This document shows positions 12,014-22,793 of a stretch of 64,000 nt of DNA, piece by piece; the first letter of the stretch is position 1; every line of letters begins with the position of its first letter. The notes beneath the pieces were generated by a model. The model was not told the origin of the DNA. It made no database searches and worked only from the letters and a program-made list of their open reading frames with translations. The stretch is from the NCBI GenBank assembly GCA_965603825.1, contig CBFDEM010000053.1, forward strand, positions 682,001 to 746,000, read 5' to 3'. The position numbers and the translations under genes were made by a program. This DNA is from Blepharisma stoltei ATCC 30299 (taxonomy: Eukaryota; Protista; Ciliophora).

Positions 12014-14917
12014 ATGATGGATGTGAAATACAAAATTGAAATAAAGGGGATAGATGAGGACGAAAATATAATATCGACGGAAAAAATACGAGGGGAATCA
12101 CCTTCTGTTGTAGATATTGAAGCTGAAGAACAAGAAGAAAAATCTCAGAAATCAGAAAAATCTCAGGATTCAAAATCTCAGAAATCAGAAAAATCTGAAG
12201 GCTCAAAATCCCAAAAATCAGAAAAATCCCAAAAATCAAATAAATTATCATCTCATGCTAGTAAACCACCTGATATTGAGCTTAACAATTCTCAAGACCT
12301 GGGCGAGGCAGCTCAAGGCCCAGAAAACCCTGAACAACCTTCTAACCTTGAAGAAAACTCAAAACAAGATGAGCCAAAGCCCCAGAGAAAAATCTATAAC
12401 GCCTGCAACCTAAACAACTCCAATATCTATGAAGAAGATAAATCCAGGCTGGAAGAAGCTATTAAGGCTATAGAAAGCACAAAAGACACCGTTATGGAGG
12501 TTCTAAATCTATTCAGAGAAGAAGATAGCAAACTTTATAATAAACTAATCAGCAAAGGTGTTAAAGGCAAACACTTAAAGTTTTTGCTGTCAGAACTATA
12601 TCTGAGGGTAAATAGTTTCCCTGAAAGTGCATTGATTTTTTTATTGAATTCATATGACGAAGCTGGCTTGGCGAGACTGTTTTTGTCATTTTACTTAGAA
12701 TTTGATGCAAGTAATGATCGAAAAATGCAGGAGGACGAGCTGGAGCAGTGCATTGAGTTTTTAGGGCTGAAGGATTATATAGGAAAAGAAAAAATGATAG
12801 CTGCTTTGAAGATTATTGGTATAGACGCATCGAATAAACTTAGTTTTTTACAAGAAGGATCTGCTGCACAAAAAATCTTAAACGACGAAACTCGTAGCCA
12901 TCTATTTCAGATTTTAAAAGTCAAAAAAGAAAAACCTGCTGAAGATGCCCCACAAAGTATTATGAACATTGGTAAAGCTCTGTTGTTTCTTGGAAACAAT
13001 ACTTCTGACGATTATGTTGATTTTCCCAAATTCTTGCCTTATCTTATAGCTTGTTTCTTAGAAGTGGAAATCAAGTCATTTTTCAAAAAACAGAACATGT
13101 TCCGTATCCATCTAGGATTTCCTTATAAAGTCCTTGACAATGGAAAAGTCAAATTTGACCCGAATGGGCAAGTAGGTGGCTTATATCGTACATTTATTAG
13201 TTACCTAAGAGGAGAAGCAGATATAAACAAAGAAGTCCTTACTTACAGAATTGTCTCTAAAGCCCTTATTGCTTATAGATCAGAAGGATACTGTGAGTCG
13301 ATTACCCTCGAAGGGCTCGAAAGAATTCTAAAAAAAGTTAGAAACATGATGGATGTTGATTTAATTTCAGGACTTGAAAAGAAAAAATTTACCATGAAGC
13401 AAATTCTTCCTTTTCTCGCTGCACAGTTTGCCACTGAAAGCACATGAAATACAGTACAAGTCAAAAACACCATTGAAAAATATGACCATTTAGTTCATTG
13501 GGAAGGTGGTGGGAATATCTGCAAAATAAAAAAATCAAAAATCCATAAGCTTCTAGCAAAAGAAATAAGCCCTGATTCAAAAGTCCCAATTGATGTTTTG
13601 ACTCTAGCGCTAAACAAAGTGCTTAAAAAATTAATTCCAACCCTTAATTCTTCGGCTTCTTATCATATAGTAAAACAGCTTTCAAAAATTGATGGAATCT
13701 ATGACAAACCATCCAAACTTTTCTCAATGAAAAATATTTTTGAAGATGAAGACATATATGCCAGACTTCATGACTATACAATGAACACCAAATTAGACGT
13801 GTTTTTAGTAAACGTGCAGCACAAAGATGAGCTAAATTTATATAAATTATCAAGAAATTTAGACAAAGCTGAAGAAAAATTCCAGCTAATTTGCGATGGA
13901 AAATATAGGTTTGGAGCGGAATTAATAAATGCTATTCTGGATAAAGGCTTAAATAAAGTAGAAGAAGACAGTGAAAAACAGAAGGACGTACAGAGGAGAT
14001 TTATGGTAGAAAAAGCATTGAGATTTTTATTTGACAGGCCTGACGATTACAAATCCCAAAAAACTGAAGAAAAAGAGGTGACAAAAGATTTGGAGAAAAA
14101 TAAAAAAATAAGCAAAATTCATGAAGAAGATTCGTCAAAAAATAAAGCAAAAGAGCTGCAAAATGCCAATGAAAGACAAATGAAGCTGCAAGCGCAGTCT
14201 AATAAAATTGATAGACTTATCAGTGAGGTCGAAAACATAAAGCTGGCTAGAGCTTTAAATACAAGAGAAAGCAGCGCATTTCCGAATTCTAAAGAAGTCA
14301 ACCCTTTAGTCCTGCTAAATATGATTGATGGTGCCAACTCTGACAGTAAAGATCTAAAAAAGCTTAAAGAATATTTAAAAGAAAACGAAGACCAACTCAC
14401 TTATCAAGACGTAGCCAAATTTTTGACTATTGAAAGACTGAAAAAGACTAAATCAAAAAATGCCCAAAAACATAATCTTATTATAAATTCACAAAGCCGC
14501 TACCTTATAAACCAAAATAATATTGACGAATATTACGACAATTATGAAGACTTATCAGAAACAGAAGAAATTACCTCAGAAATCACTACAAAAGAAGAAT
14601 CAAAAACTGAAGAAGACGAAGAATCAGACTCTAAAGATGAGTCAGTCGTAGAAGAAAAAAAAGAAAAAAAAGTCCGAAATATTCGTGATAATGATTTTAA
14701 AATCAAATATGTAATGGGAAGTCTATATGACGAAGAAAAAGTGAAAAATATGAAACTTAAACCTTCTCCAAAAGATGCAGAATTTAAACTGAAACCTACC
14801 CCATTATTTGAAAAATTAAGAGAACAGAACAGAAGTGTGTTCTCTTCTGACCCTGGCCAGCCCAAAAAAGAAAGCAAAATTGAAAAATCCCGAGGCTGCG
14901 AGTGCATATTATTTTAA
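12014..14917 (+). CDS. Hypothetical 967-aa protein with KSQKSE repeats, EF-hand-like loop and C-terminal CaaX (CILF)
   Basis: Two track ORFs join in frame via UGA at 13445. Contains FDASNDRKMQEDEL and ends GCECILF*. Confidence 0.75.
12139..12240 (+). repeat. Coding 9-bp-period tandem repeat (KSQ/KSE)
   Basis: aaatctcag/aaatcagaa units repeated about 11 times. Confidence 0.8.
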
Positions 14918-14953
14918 AAATATTAATTTTAGCTATTTTTAATAGTGACAAAA

Positions 14954-16219
14954 ATGGAACCTTCAACTAGAAATAATCCGCCAGGGCCTCCAAGAAACCC
15001 TTATGCAATTTCTCACGTAGGAGGCCCTTCTATAGTAAATAAAAGACAAGTAAATGTAATAGGCGCCACTTTTTTAATTGATGCCAGATATGAAGTTATA
15101 GGGACTGTGGGCAGTGGCGCTTATGGGGTTGTGGTATCTGCAAGAGATACTCTTACAGGCCAGCGCGTCGCAATAAAAAAAATCGAAAAAGCCTTTGAGC
15201 ATTCTACGTTTACAAAAAGGACATTGAGAGAACTAAAAATACTGAGACTATTGGAGCATGATAATATTATGAGAATTGTGTCTATTCAGCTACCGCTTTC
15301 TAGAGAAGAATTTGACGAAATTTATGTAATAAGTGAACTTATGGAAACTGATTTAAGCTCTATTATTAAGTCTCCTCAGGTATTTTCTGATGAGCATTGC
15401 CAGTTCTTCTTATATCAAATCCTGATGGGCTTAAAATATATGCATAGTGCAGGAATAATCCATAGAGACTTAAAACCCAGAAACTTGCTGGTGAACTCAA
15501 ACTGCGATTTAAAAATATGTGACTTTGGGCTTGCGAGGCCTATTATAAGTGATTTAAAAGTATCAGGAGCTCAAATGACTGATTATGTAGCTACCAGATG
15601 GTATAGAGCACCTGAGGTCCTTTTAGCGTACAAAAAATATTCATCAGCTATGGATATGTGGTCAGTTGGATGTTTATTTGGAGAATTATTATTAAGAAAA
15701 CCTATTTTGCCAGGCAATGATTCTAATCATCAATTAGACTTAATATTCAATCTGATAGGAACACCTACTGATGAAGATATAGAATCCATCCCAAATCCTT
15801 TGTCAAAAGAAAAAGTTTCCAGATTAGCTAAAAAACCAGGAAAAAATTTCCAAACAATTTTTAGGGACGCGAATCCTGATGCTTTAGATTTACTAAGAAA
15901 AATGCTTATTTTTAACCCCGAAAAGCGAATCACAGTCCAAGCTGCCTTAGAGCATCCATATTTAGCCACTTTTCACTGTGAAGAAGACGAGCCAACTACA
16001 ACTCCTGTATCTATGTTTGATTTTGAGTTTGAAAAGCAGCCACTAATGATGAGGCAGCTTAAAGACTTAATTTACGAAGAAATTTTGCTATATCATTTCC
16101 CTCAAAAAAAGGAAGAGTATGAAAAACTTAAAGCAGAGTACGACAATCAGCAGCGCCAAGCCGGGAAAAGCATGCCACAAGAGTTTGAAGAAGAGGAAGA
16201 GGAAGAAGAGCTTAATTAA
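14954..16219 (+). CDS. ERK-like MAP kinase, TDY activation motif
   Basis: [41 protein letters not shown] domain; ATG at 14954. Confidence 0.95.
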   Translation: MEPSTRNNPPGPPRNPYAISHVGGPSIVNKRQVNVIGATFLIDARYEVIGTVGSGAYGVVVSARDTLTGQRVAIKKIEKAFEHSTFTKRTLRELKILRLLEHDNIMRIVSIQLPLSREEFDEIYVISELMETDLSSIIKSPQVFSDEHCQFFLYQILMGLKYMHSAGIIHRDLKPRNLLVNSNCDLKICDFGLARPIISDLKVSGAQMTDYVATRWYRAPEVLLAYKKYSSAMDMWSVGCLFGELLLRKPILPGNDSNHQLDLIFNLIGTPTDEDIESIPNPLSKEKVSRLAKKPGKNFQTIFRDANPDALDLLRKMLIFNPEKRITVQAALEHPYLATFHCEEDEPTTTPVSMFDFEFEKQPLMMRQLKDLIYEEILLYHFPQKKEEYEKLKAEYDNQQRQAGKSMPQEFEEEEEEEELN

Positions 16220-16309
16220 TGTTATATAAATAATAAATATCGAATTATTCGATTTTTCTATAGTAAAATTGCTGAAATTTAAATAAATAGTTAAGATCAT
16301 AAATATTGG

Positions 16310-16627
16310 TTAATTAGAAGCTGATCTTAGAACTGCATAAATTTGGTCTGGAGATAGCTGAGTTTCCACCTCTACAATCTTACTTCTTGATTTTTGTGTG
16401 CCTGGCTTGACTGAGACTTGCCTCTTTTTTACTCCTATTACTTGTGATAAATATTCACATAATTCTGTGTTGGCTTCTCCTTCTCTAGGAGGAGCTGCGA
16501 CGCAGACACCTATATATTGGTCGTTTATGTCAGTGATGGTGCTTTGTCTTGCATTTGGTTTTGCTTGGACAGAGAGAAAAATAGAGTTTCCTCGCCTTGT
16601 AATACTGCCTGGAACGTTTGACTCCAT
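16310..16627 (-). CDS. UPF0235/DUF167 (YggU/C15orf40-like) protein
   Basis: VQAKPNARQS..VAAPPREGEANTELCEYLS..KSRSK signature; likely start MESNV. Confidence 0.88.
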   Translation of the reverse strand: MESNVPGSITRRGNSIFLSVQAKPNARQSTITDINDQYIGVCVAAPPREGEANTELCEYLSQVIGVKKRQVSVKPGTQKSRSKIVEVETQLSPDQIYAVLRSASN

Positions 16628-17111
16628 CCTTAAAGTCTGAAAAACATATATGGAGGATCTAAATATGTGATTTTTTACCAATGTAAACATTAAATTTGTT
16701 TATAATAGAAAAAATATAAGGTATTGGCATTATTAAGCCAAAAAAATAATATATTAAATTATAATATATAAAAATAGGAGTTTTTATTTTAGACTTTATA
16801 AAGCAAAATCACTTTTGAATGGAGAGTTCTGGAAACTTATGTTAGAAGGCAAGTGAAGGAGGATTTTAAAATTGCAATAACTCTATTTTTAAATAAAGAA
16901 AAGCTGTTTTTATTTTTAAATATTCTAAATGCTTTCTATCTTTTTAAAAATTATTTTATGTTTTGTTTAAGAAATAATTTAAGAGAAATTCTCTAAGAAA
17001 TTATATATTTATGCAGCAAAGACTATTGATTAGTGCAGCAGTTAAAACGTTCGAAGATTGAGTATCTTAATTTTGAATTTTTTAATAATATGATCAGATA
17101 TTACTGATTTT

Positions 17112-17143
17112 CTCCATTTTTAAATTCATGATTACAAACAGAT
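17112..17143 (+). promoter_or_regulatory. Putative promoter motif shared with collagen-like gene 1
   Basis: ctccatttttaaattcat...aaacagat, similar in sequence and ATG distance to 33760-33796. Confidence 0.4.
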
Positions 17144-17173
17144 TACAAAGATCGGAACTATCCATTATAAAAC

Positions 17174-17539
17174 ATGTCAAAAGTCTTATTTCTGGTTGCC
17201 TTAGGAGTCTTCGTAGTTTCTGTACAAGCAGGTATTATCAAAGGTTATGGTGCAAACAAAGTCTCAGACTTTAAGAGTTCATACGAGCACGATGATAGGC
17301 AAAGATACAATGACGTAAAATGCGATGATAGAGATGAACATCATGAATATGATGAGCATAATGAATGCGATGAAAGAGACGATCATAGATATGACCATGA
17401 TGATAGAAACCATGGGTACAGCAATTACAGAGATGAATGTGGAGATGAAAGAAGACACGACCACGATGAAAACAGATACGACCACGATGAAAAGCTTTTT
17501 AACTACAGAGTTGAGAAAGATGAGCATTATTGCCATTAA
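17174..17539 (+). CDS. Secreted His/Asp/Glu/Arg-rich low-complexity protein (121 aa)
   Basis: Signal peptide MSKVLFLVALGVFVVSVQA followed by YDHDD/ECDE-type repeats and 4 Cys. Confidence 0.8.
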   Translation: MSKVLFLVALGVFVVSVQAGIIKGYGANKVSDFKSSYEHDDRQRYNDVKCDDRDEHHEYDEHNECDERDDHRYDHDDRNHGYSNYRDECGDERRHDHDENRYDHDEKLFNYRVEKDEHYCH

Positions 17540-17868
17540 GCAGGATCGTAAGTAACATTTTTGAAAAATAAATCTTTTTTTGGATAAAAATGGTAAGTTG
17601 AGAATGCTTATAATCTCTTATTTTCCATATTGCTAATAAGATCTCTATTTTTCATAATATCCCTATCATTTAAAATATTTATTGTTCTTTATTTTATAAT
17701 TTTATCAGATTTTTAACTTTCAATCCAACAATTGAATTATTTCTCGAAATTTTAAAACAAAATTCATTAATATACATAAATTCTAGCATATAGCCCAAGC
17801 TCTTTTTAATTTAAAAAGCAGCACAAAATGTTACTATAAATCTTAAATAATTTAAATAATTTTTAAAA

Positions 17869-18402
17869 ATGATATCAATATTACTTATAGGACTTGATAA
17901 CGCAGGAAAATCTACATTGATATCTCATGCCAAGTCACTTCCTGCTAATGGGATGTTTGAAATCACTCCTACAATGGGATTTGCAATTGAAGAAATTGCC
18001 ATGCCAAGCGGCAATAAAGGAATTATTTATGACTGTAGCGGGGCGGCAAGATATCGAAATATGTGGGATCACTTTATAGGAGAAATCCAAGGAGTTATAT
18101 ACGTTATTGACAGTGCAGACAGAGCGCGATTGAGCATTGTAAAGAAAAACATTGAAGAATTTTTTAAGCATCCTTTACTTAAGAAAAAACCTATTGTATT
18201 TTTGGCAAATAAACAGGATTCTCCAGATGCTTTAAGAAAAGAAGACATTAAAAGAATTCTTAGAATAGAAAAAAAATCTCTTTCCAATCCTTTTTCTGTA
18301 AAAGAAGCAATTTCTGCTACTGGGATGGGATTAAACAACTCTTTAAGCTTCATTGAAAACAACTTACAAACCAAATTCGAGTACCACTTAAAGCCTCTAT
18401 AA
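17869..18402 (+). CDS. Arf-like small GTPase, ARL6/BBS3-like, divergent
   Basis: GLDNAGKST, PTMGF, DCSGA..RYRNMW (compare ARL6 DMSGQGRYRNLW), ANKQD. Confidence 0.8.
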   Translation: MISILLIGLDNAGKSTLISHAKSLPANGMFEITPTMGFAIEEIAMPSGNKGIIYDCSGAARYRNMWDHFIGEIQGVIYVIDSADRARLSIVKKNIEEFFKHPLLKKKPIVFLANKQDSPDALRKEDIKRILRIEKKSLSNPFSVKEAISATGMGLNNSLSFIENNLQTKFEYHLKPL

Positions 18403-18495
18403 TTAATATTATTTTTCTAGATAAATAAACTTCAGAATATACCATTACTCTATTATTTACTGATAGAATTATTCTATTGTGAAATCAAGCACTCT

Positions 18496-19599
18496 ATGAA
18501 AAATCCCAAAAAATCTTCAAAAAAGTCATCCAAATCCAAAATCATTAAAAATCTGTCTTCCCCTGATATTTTGCATTGCCCGATCCCAGTTAAACCAAGC
18601 ACGTATTTTACTTCAAACCAAAAAATAAATAGCAAGCAGATTCTTGACTATGACGCTTATAAATTAATGAGAGACGCGTTTAAATTAAGCCACAAAGGCG
18701 CCGTTATGCTGCGCAGGTGTGTTATTTATTCTGATATTTCGACCGAAATAAGACGGCTACCGCTTTTAACTCTTTTGACAGAAACTGCTGAAGAAATGGT
18801 GATGAATGACTTAGAAATTGCAGTGTGGAGTATCTACTTAAAAAGATTTGTATGGGACGACATAAATCAGCCTTTTAAAGCAATGCTTTATATAACTGCT
18901 TTAGCAGTAAAATCCTATATGAATCTTTCAGTTCAGCCGTTTAAAGCTTATTTAGTTACCAAAATTCCCAATTTTTCTAATATATACAATTGTTGGGCTG
19001 GAAACAGAAAAAATGCTTTATCTATTTTTCCGCAAGAGCTGAATAGGGTGTATAAATCTTTGTCAAAGCCTGTGATTTCGCAAGATGATTTAAAACTGAT
19101 TGACTATAATTATTATGTTGATGATATTTTGGAGCTTGCCCCTTCAGTCCCTCATAAGCCGCATAATGTTCTAGCTAAAGAAAAAGCTTTAGAGACTATA
19201 AAAGAAGTTCCTGAAAACTTTTTTATTAATATGGAGGCTTATAAAGAAATTGAGCCAACTGGAATTTTATTAGGAAAAAAAGACTCGATTTTTTCTCCAA
19301 ATTTGAACTGTGAAACACCTACGCTAGCAACTTCATGAAGCTATATGTCAGCTGGCAGCAAAAGTGGTCAAGAAACTGCTTGCTTCGACAATTCAGATTC
19401 CGATGTAAAAAATCAAGGTAAGCATGATACTTGCTATGGAGAGCTCCCAGCTTTTAATCCCCAGCAATCTTTATTTTCATCATATTGGAATGCTGGGAAA
19501 CTTCAAGAGGACGAAAAACATCATGATGAGGAAATTCCTATGTTTGCTAGCCAAAAATCACTATTTTCATCATTTTGGAATACTCAACCTACAAAATAA
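18496..19599 (+). CDS. Hypothetical 367-aa protein, weak cyclin-box (PHO80-type) resemblance
   Basis: Joined via UGA at 19336. EIAVWSIYLKRF...YITALAVKSYMN; duplicated C-terminal motif QSLFSSYWN/KSLFSSFWN. Confidence 0.6.
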
Positions 19600-19619
19600 T
19601 AAATTTTTAACAAAAATTA

Positions 19620-21830
19620 TTAATTAGACTCTATTTCAGCAGATTCTTGATCTTTTGTAACAATTTGGTAAGCTTTAAGAGCAGCCTGCTGCTTTGCAAG
19701 TCATCTAGTTTTTGAATAGTGTGAGACTATTGGAATTTCATCAATATAAACCGTTGCTAAGCATCCTAAGTCTGTATCACTTTCTTCAATCCTAATTTTT
19801 TTCCTTGCTCTTTGCCCATATACAGACAATCTCGACCTAATATTTGGTCCACATTTTTCATTATTTCTAACAAGATGAATCATTGGCAATTTCAAAATTG
19901 AGCCAAAAACCTGACTTACCACTCTTAAAGATCCTGAGTCAATTAAAATAGCCCCAGCCAGAGCTTCAAAAATGTCGTTAAGACATTTTGGAGGATCGTC
20001 ATCATAAGCCCCAAAATTGCATATATCCTCATCCCATGTCACTGTATCCAGAAACTTATCAACAATTTCTGCTTGACATAAATCACACTTCAAAAACCTA
20101 TAAAGCCCCAATGAAATTGCCAGCTTTGAAAGCACATTATTATTAGCAATAATATGCTTAAAAGTCGTCAATTCTTCAGCATTAAAATTCCCCATCAGAA
20201 AAGTATTAGAAACCACTATTAAATCCAGCAAAGAGTCACCTAGAAATTCAAGTCTTTCATAATTTGTTTTATTTTCTTGTGAAGCATGAGTAAATGCTTC
20301 AAAAAGTAAAGACTTGTCTTTAAATTTGTACCCAATGATGTCTTCTACCATTTCTGGGGTCTCAAAAAGATCTCCACAAGGATGTTTTTCTGACATAGGA
20401 GGTATTATGTCACCAAAACTCGGATTTTCACATAAAATGTCAGAGCTTATCATATCAATATCAAGCACTGTGAGTTTTTCATTATCAAAATACTGAAGGG
20501 TATAAGCCCAATTCTGCTCTTCTTCTGGTAGCACGTCAAGCTGGTATACAAATTTTGCTGAATTTAGCATGCCTTCTCCCATAAAAAAGGCGCCAATCAA
20601 TGATTCAACCATGTCAGCGAGCTGCCCATCTGAAATTCTTTGTAGGACTTGGTCTGTTTCGTCTTTCCCATTTTGCCCTTCATAGTATGGAGGTCTGAGC
20701 TTTATATATTTAAGCTCCCTTGTCCTCAAATAATTTTTGAAATCGTGGCGCTTAGCTATTTTACTGAGGTAATCATTTTTTATTTTTTCTGTGCGTCTTC
20801 AGGTCAAATAATGTTCACGGTCTTTTTCGTATTTGGAGAAAAAGTGAAGGGATGCTATAACTTTTAATATTACATCTCCTAAATTTTCAAGGGCGTCGTA
20901 GTTGCTATCATTGTCTAGTGAAGGGGCTGTCAGGCCATTTCTTAAGTAGGTAAACGAGCCTGTGTAGTTGTAAAGTTTAGCGAACTGAATAATATAAGAA
21001 ACACTTTCAAGAGAGCTCAACATGACTAGAAGATGTGTAGCTTCTTCATATTGGACACTATTTAAGTAAAATATTTGCATTTCATCTTCAGAAAGAATTT
21101 GATAATTATTAGGAGACTTTGTGGTCGATGTAACAACTCTAAGCATTCTTCTTACAGGCTTAGCGTTTTTGGCAATGATAAATGGCTTGTAGTTATCATT
21201 ATTTCTCTTCTTATCAATCATAGCTTTTACCAAAATCCTTCTATCAGTAACAGTATTATTTTCATTATTTACTACAACAGCTTGGTCAAAAATTTCATTT
21301 AAAATTTTTTCAGTCTCCTCATCAGGCATAATTGTTTTGACATACTGTAAAAAATGCCTTTTCTTGACACTCTGGTACATGTAATTTGGCCTATCATTTA
21401 TAGAGATTTCTCTAATAGTTTTTAACTCTTCATCATACAGCGCATTTTTTACTCTATCTCAGTCAATTCTTTTCTTTTTTACAGGAACTACCAAGTAATT
21501 CGCATTGGAAAGGTTTCCATTTTTGACTTGAAGCACTTGAAAAAGATCACACCACATAACATGCTGGAACTCTCTCAAAGAGTTTAACTCGCTGCTCCAC
21601 AGCTTTCGTTTCTTTACAAACTGAATAAAGTCAGGACATGGCTTAAATTCTATTGGGAATAATATCCCAAACTGTGAAATTTCAAAAAATTTATAAAAAT
21701 ACACTTCATACTTAGCACTTTTTAAAAGAAAAGGCTGGGATAAAATATCTGCATAGCTCCTTATATTATAAGTCTCAAATGATTCAGTCTTCAGCTTTTT
21801 CGTTGGATCTGCATCAATTTCCATGTCCAT
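19620..21830 (-). CDS. Dicer-like protein: tandem RNase III domains plus dsRBD, no helicase (~736 aa)
   Basis: Three track ORFs join in frame via UGA (21459, 20799, 19701). IDW motif; RIIIa ALENLGD..LADMVESLIGA; RIIIb ERLEFLGD..LNDIFEALAGA; C-terminal SKTRWLAKQQAA dsRBD helix. Confidence 0.92.
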
Positions 21831-21854
21831 TTTGGTGTGTTGTTTATTATAATC

Positions 21855-22769
21855 ATGGAAAATTTAGACGAGTTAGACAATCTAGCTGAAAAATATAAAT
21901 CTGAAGGAAATTTTGTAGAGGCTTTAAATGTTGTAGAAGAAGGCTTAAATATTAGAAAAACCAGGTTTGGGGATGACAGTCTCGAAGTAAGGAAAAGCTA
22001 TATCAAATTGTGTGAACTTTGCAACATTCTTGCAGCTTATTATCTCCAAAGAGATAATGCTGATTTAGCTTTTGATTTATTGAAAAGAGCTGAACTTTTG
22101 TGTGAAATGGACGAGCATACGAAGGCTGTAACGTATAATAACCTAGCCTGCTACTACAGGAAAACTGGAAAAGCAAGAGTAGCTTTAACGTATTTAGGTA
22201 AAGCTTTAGTAATTGATAATGATCAGCCAAACACTCATTTAAACTTGTGCGCGTCTCTTTCACAGATTGATAGGCATGAAAAAGCATTAGGCCATGCAAT
22301 GCAGGCTATTGTACTTTTACAAGATCTTTTTATTTCCTCTCTACAAGCCAATACAGGCTTTGAAGAGCATGCCCATGAGCTTGCTATTGCGTACCACAAT
22401 ATGGCAGTAGAGCTTGAATACCTAAAAAGAACTAACGAAGCTTTAAGAATGTACCAAAAAGCTGTAGAATTTGCCCAGAAATATTTGCCTGAGGATCACC
22501 CAATCAATGTAAACGCCCAAAGAATGCTATATAATGCTGCAAAAGATGAAGAAGAACATAGAGAAAAATTGTTGAACCGACGAGAATGTACATCAAAAAA
22601 CAACTTTTATAGTAAAAAGTTGGACAGAAAAGAGTCAAGAAGAGAAATTGATGAAGACAAAAATGCAGAAATGAAAAGAAAAGCATCGTCAACTGACCCA
22701 GGAGTAAGGTTTGGGCGGGACTATGAAAGAGGAAATGAAGGCCGAAAACCTAATTTAATTGAAATATAA
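21855..22769 (+). CDS. TPR-repeat protein
   Basis: AVTYNNLACYY, AIAYHNMAVELEYL repeats; ATG at 21855. Confidence 0.88.
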   Translation: MENLDELDNLAEKYKSEGNFVEALNVVEEGLNIRKTRFGDDSLEVRKSYIKLCELCNILAAYYLQRDNADLAFDLLKRAELLCEMDEHTKAVTYNNLACYYRKTGKARVALTYLGKALVIDNDQPNTHLNLCASLSQIDRHEKALGHAMQAIVLLQDLFISSLQANTGFEEHAHELAIAYHNMAVELEYLKRTNEALRMYQKAVEFAQKYLPEDHPINVNAQRMLYNAAKDEEEHREKLLNRRECTSKNNFYSKKLDRKESRREIDEDKNAEMKRKASSTDPGVRFGRDYERGNEGRKPNLIEI

Positions 22770-22793
22770 GTATAATCTTCAGGAAAAATTAAA

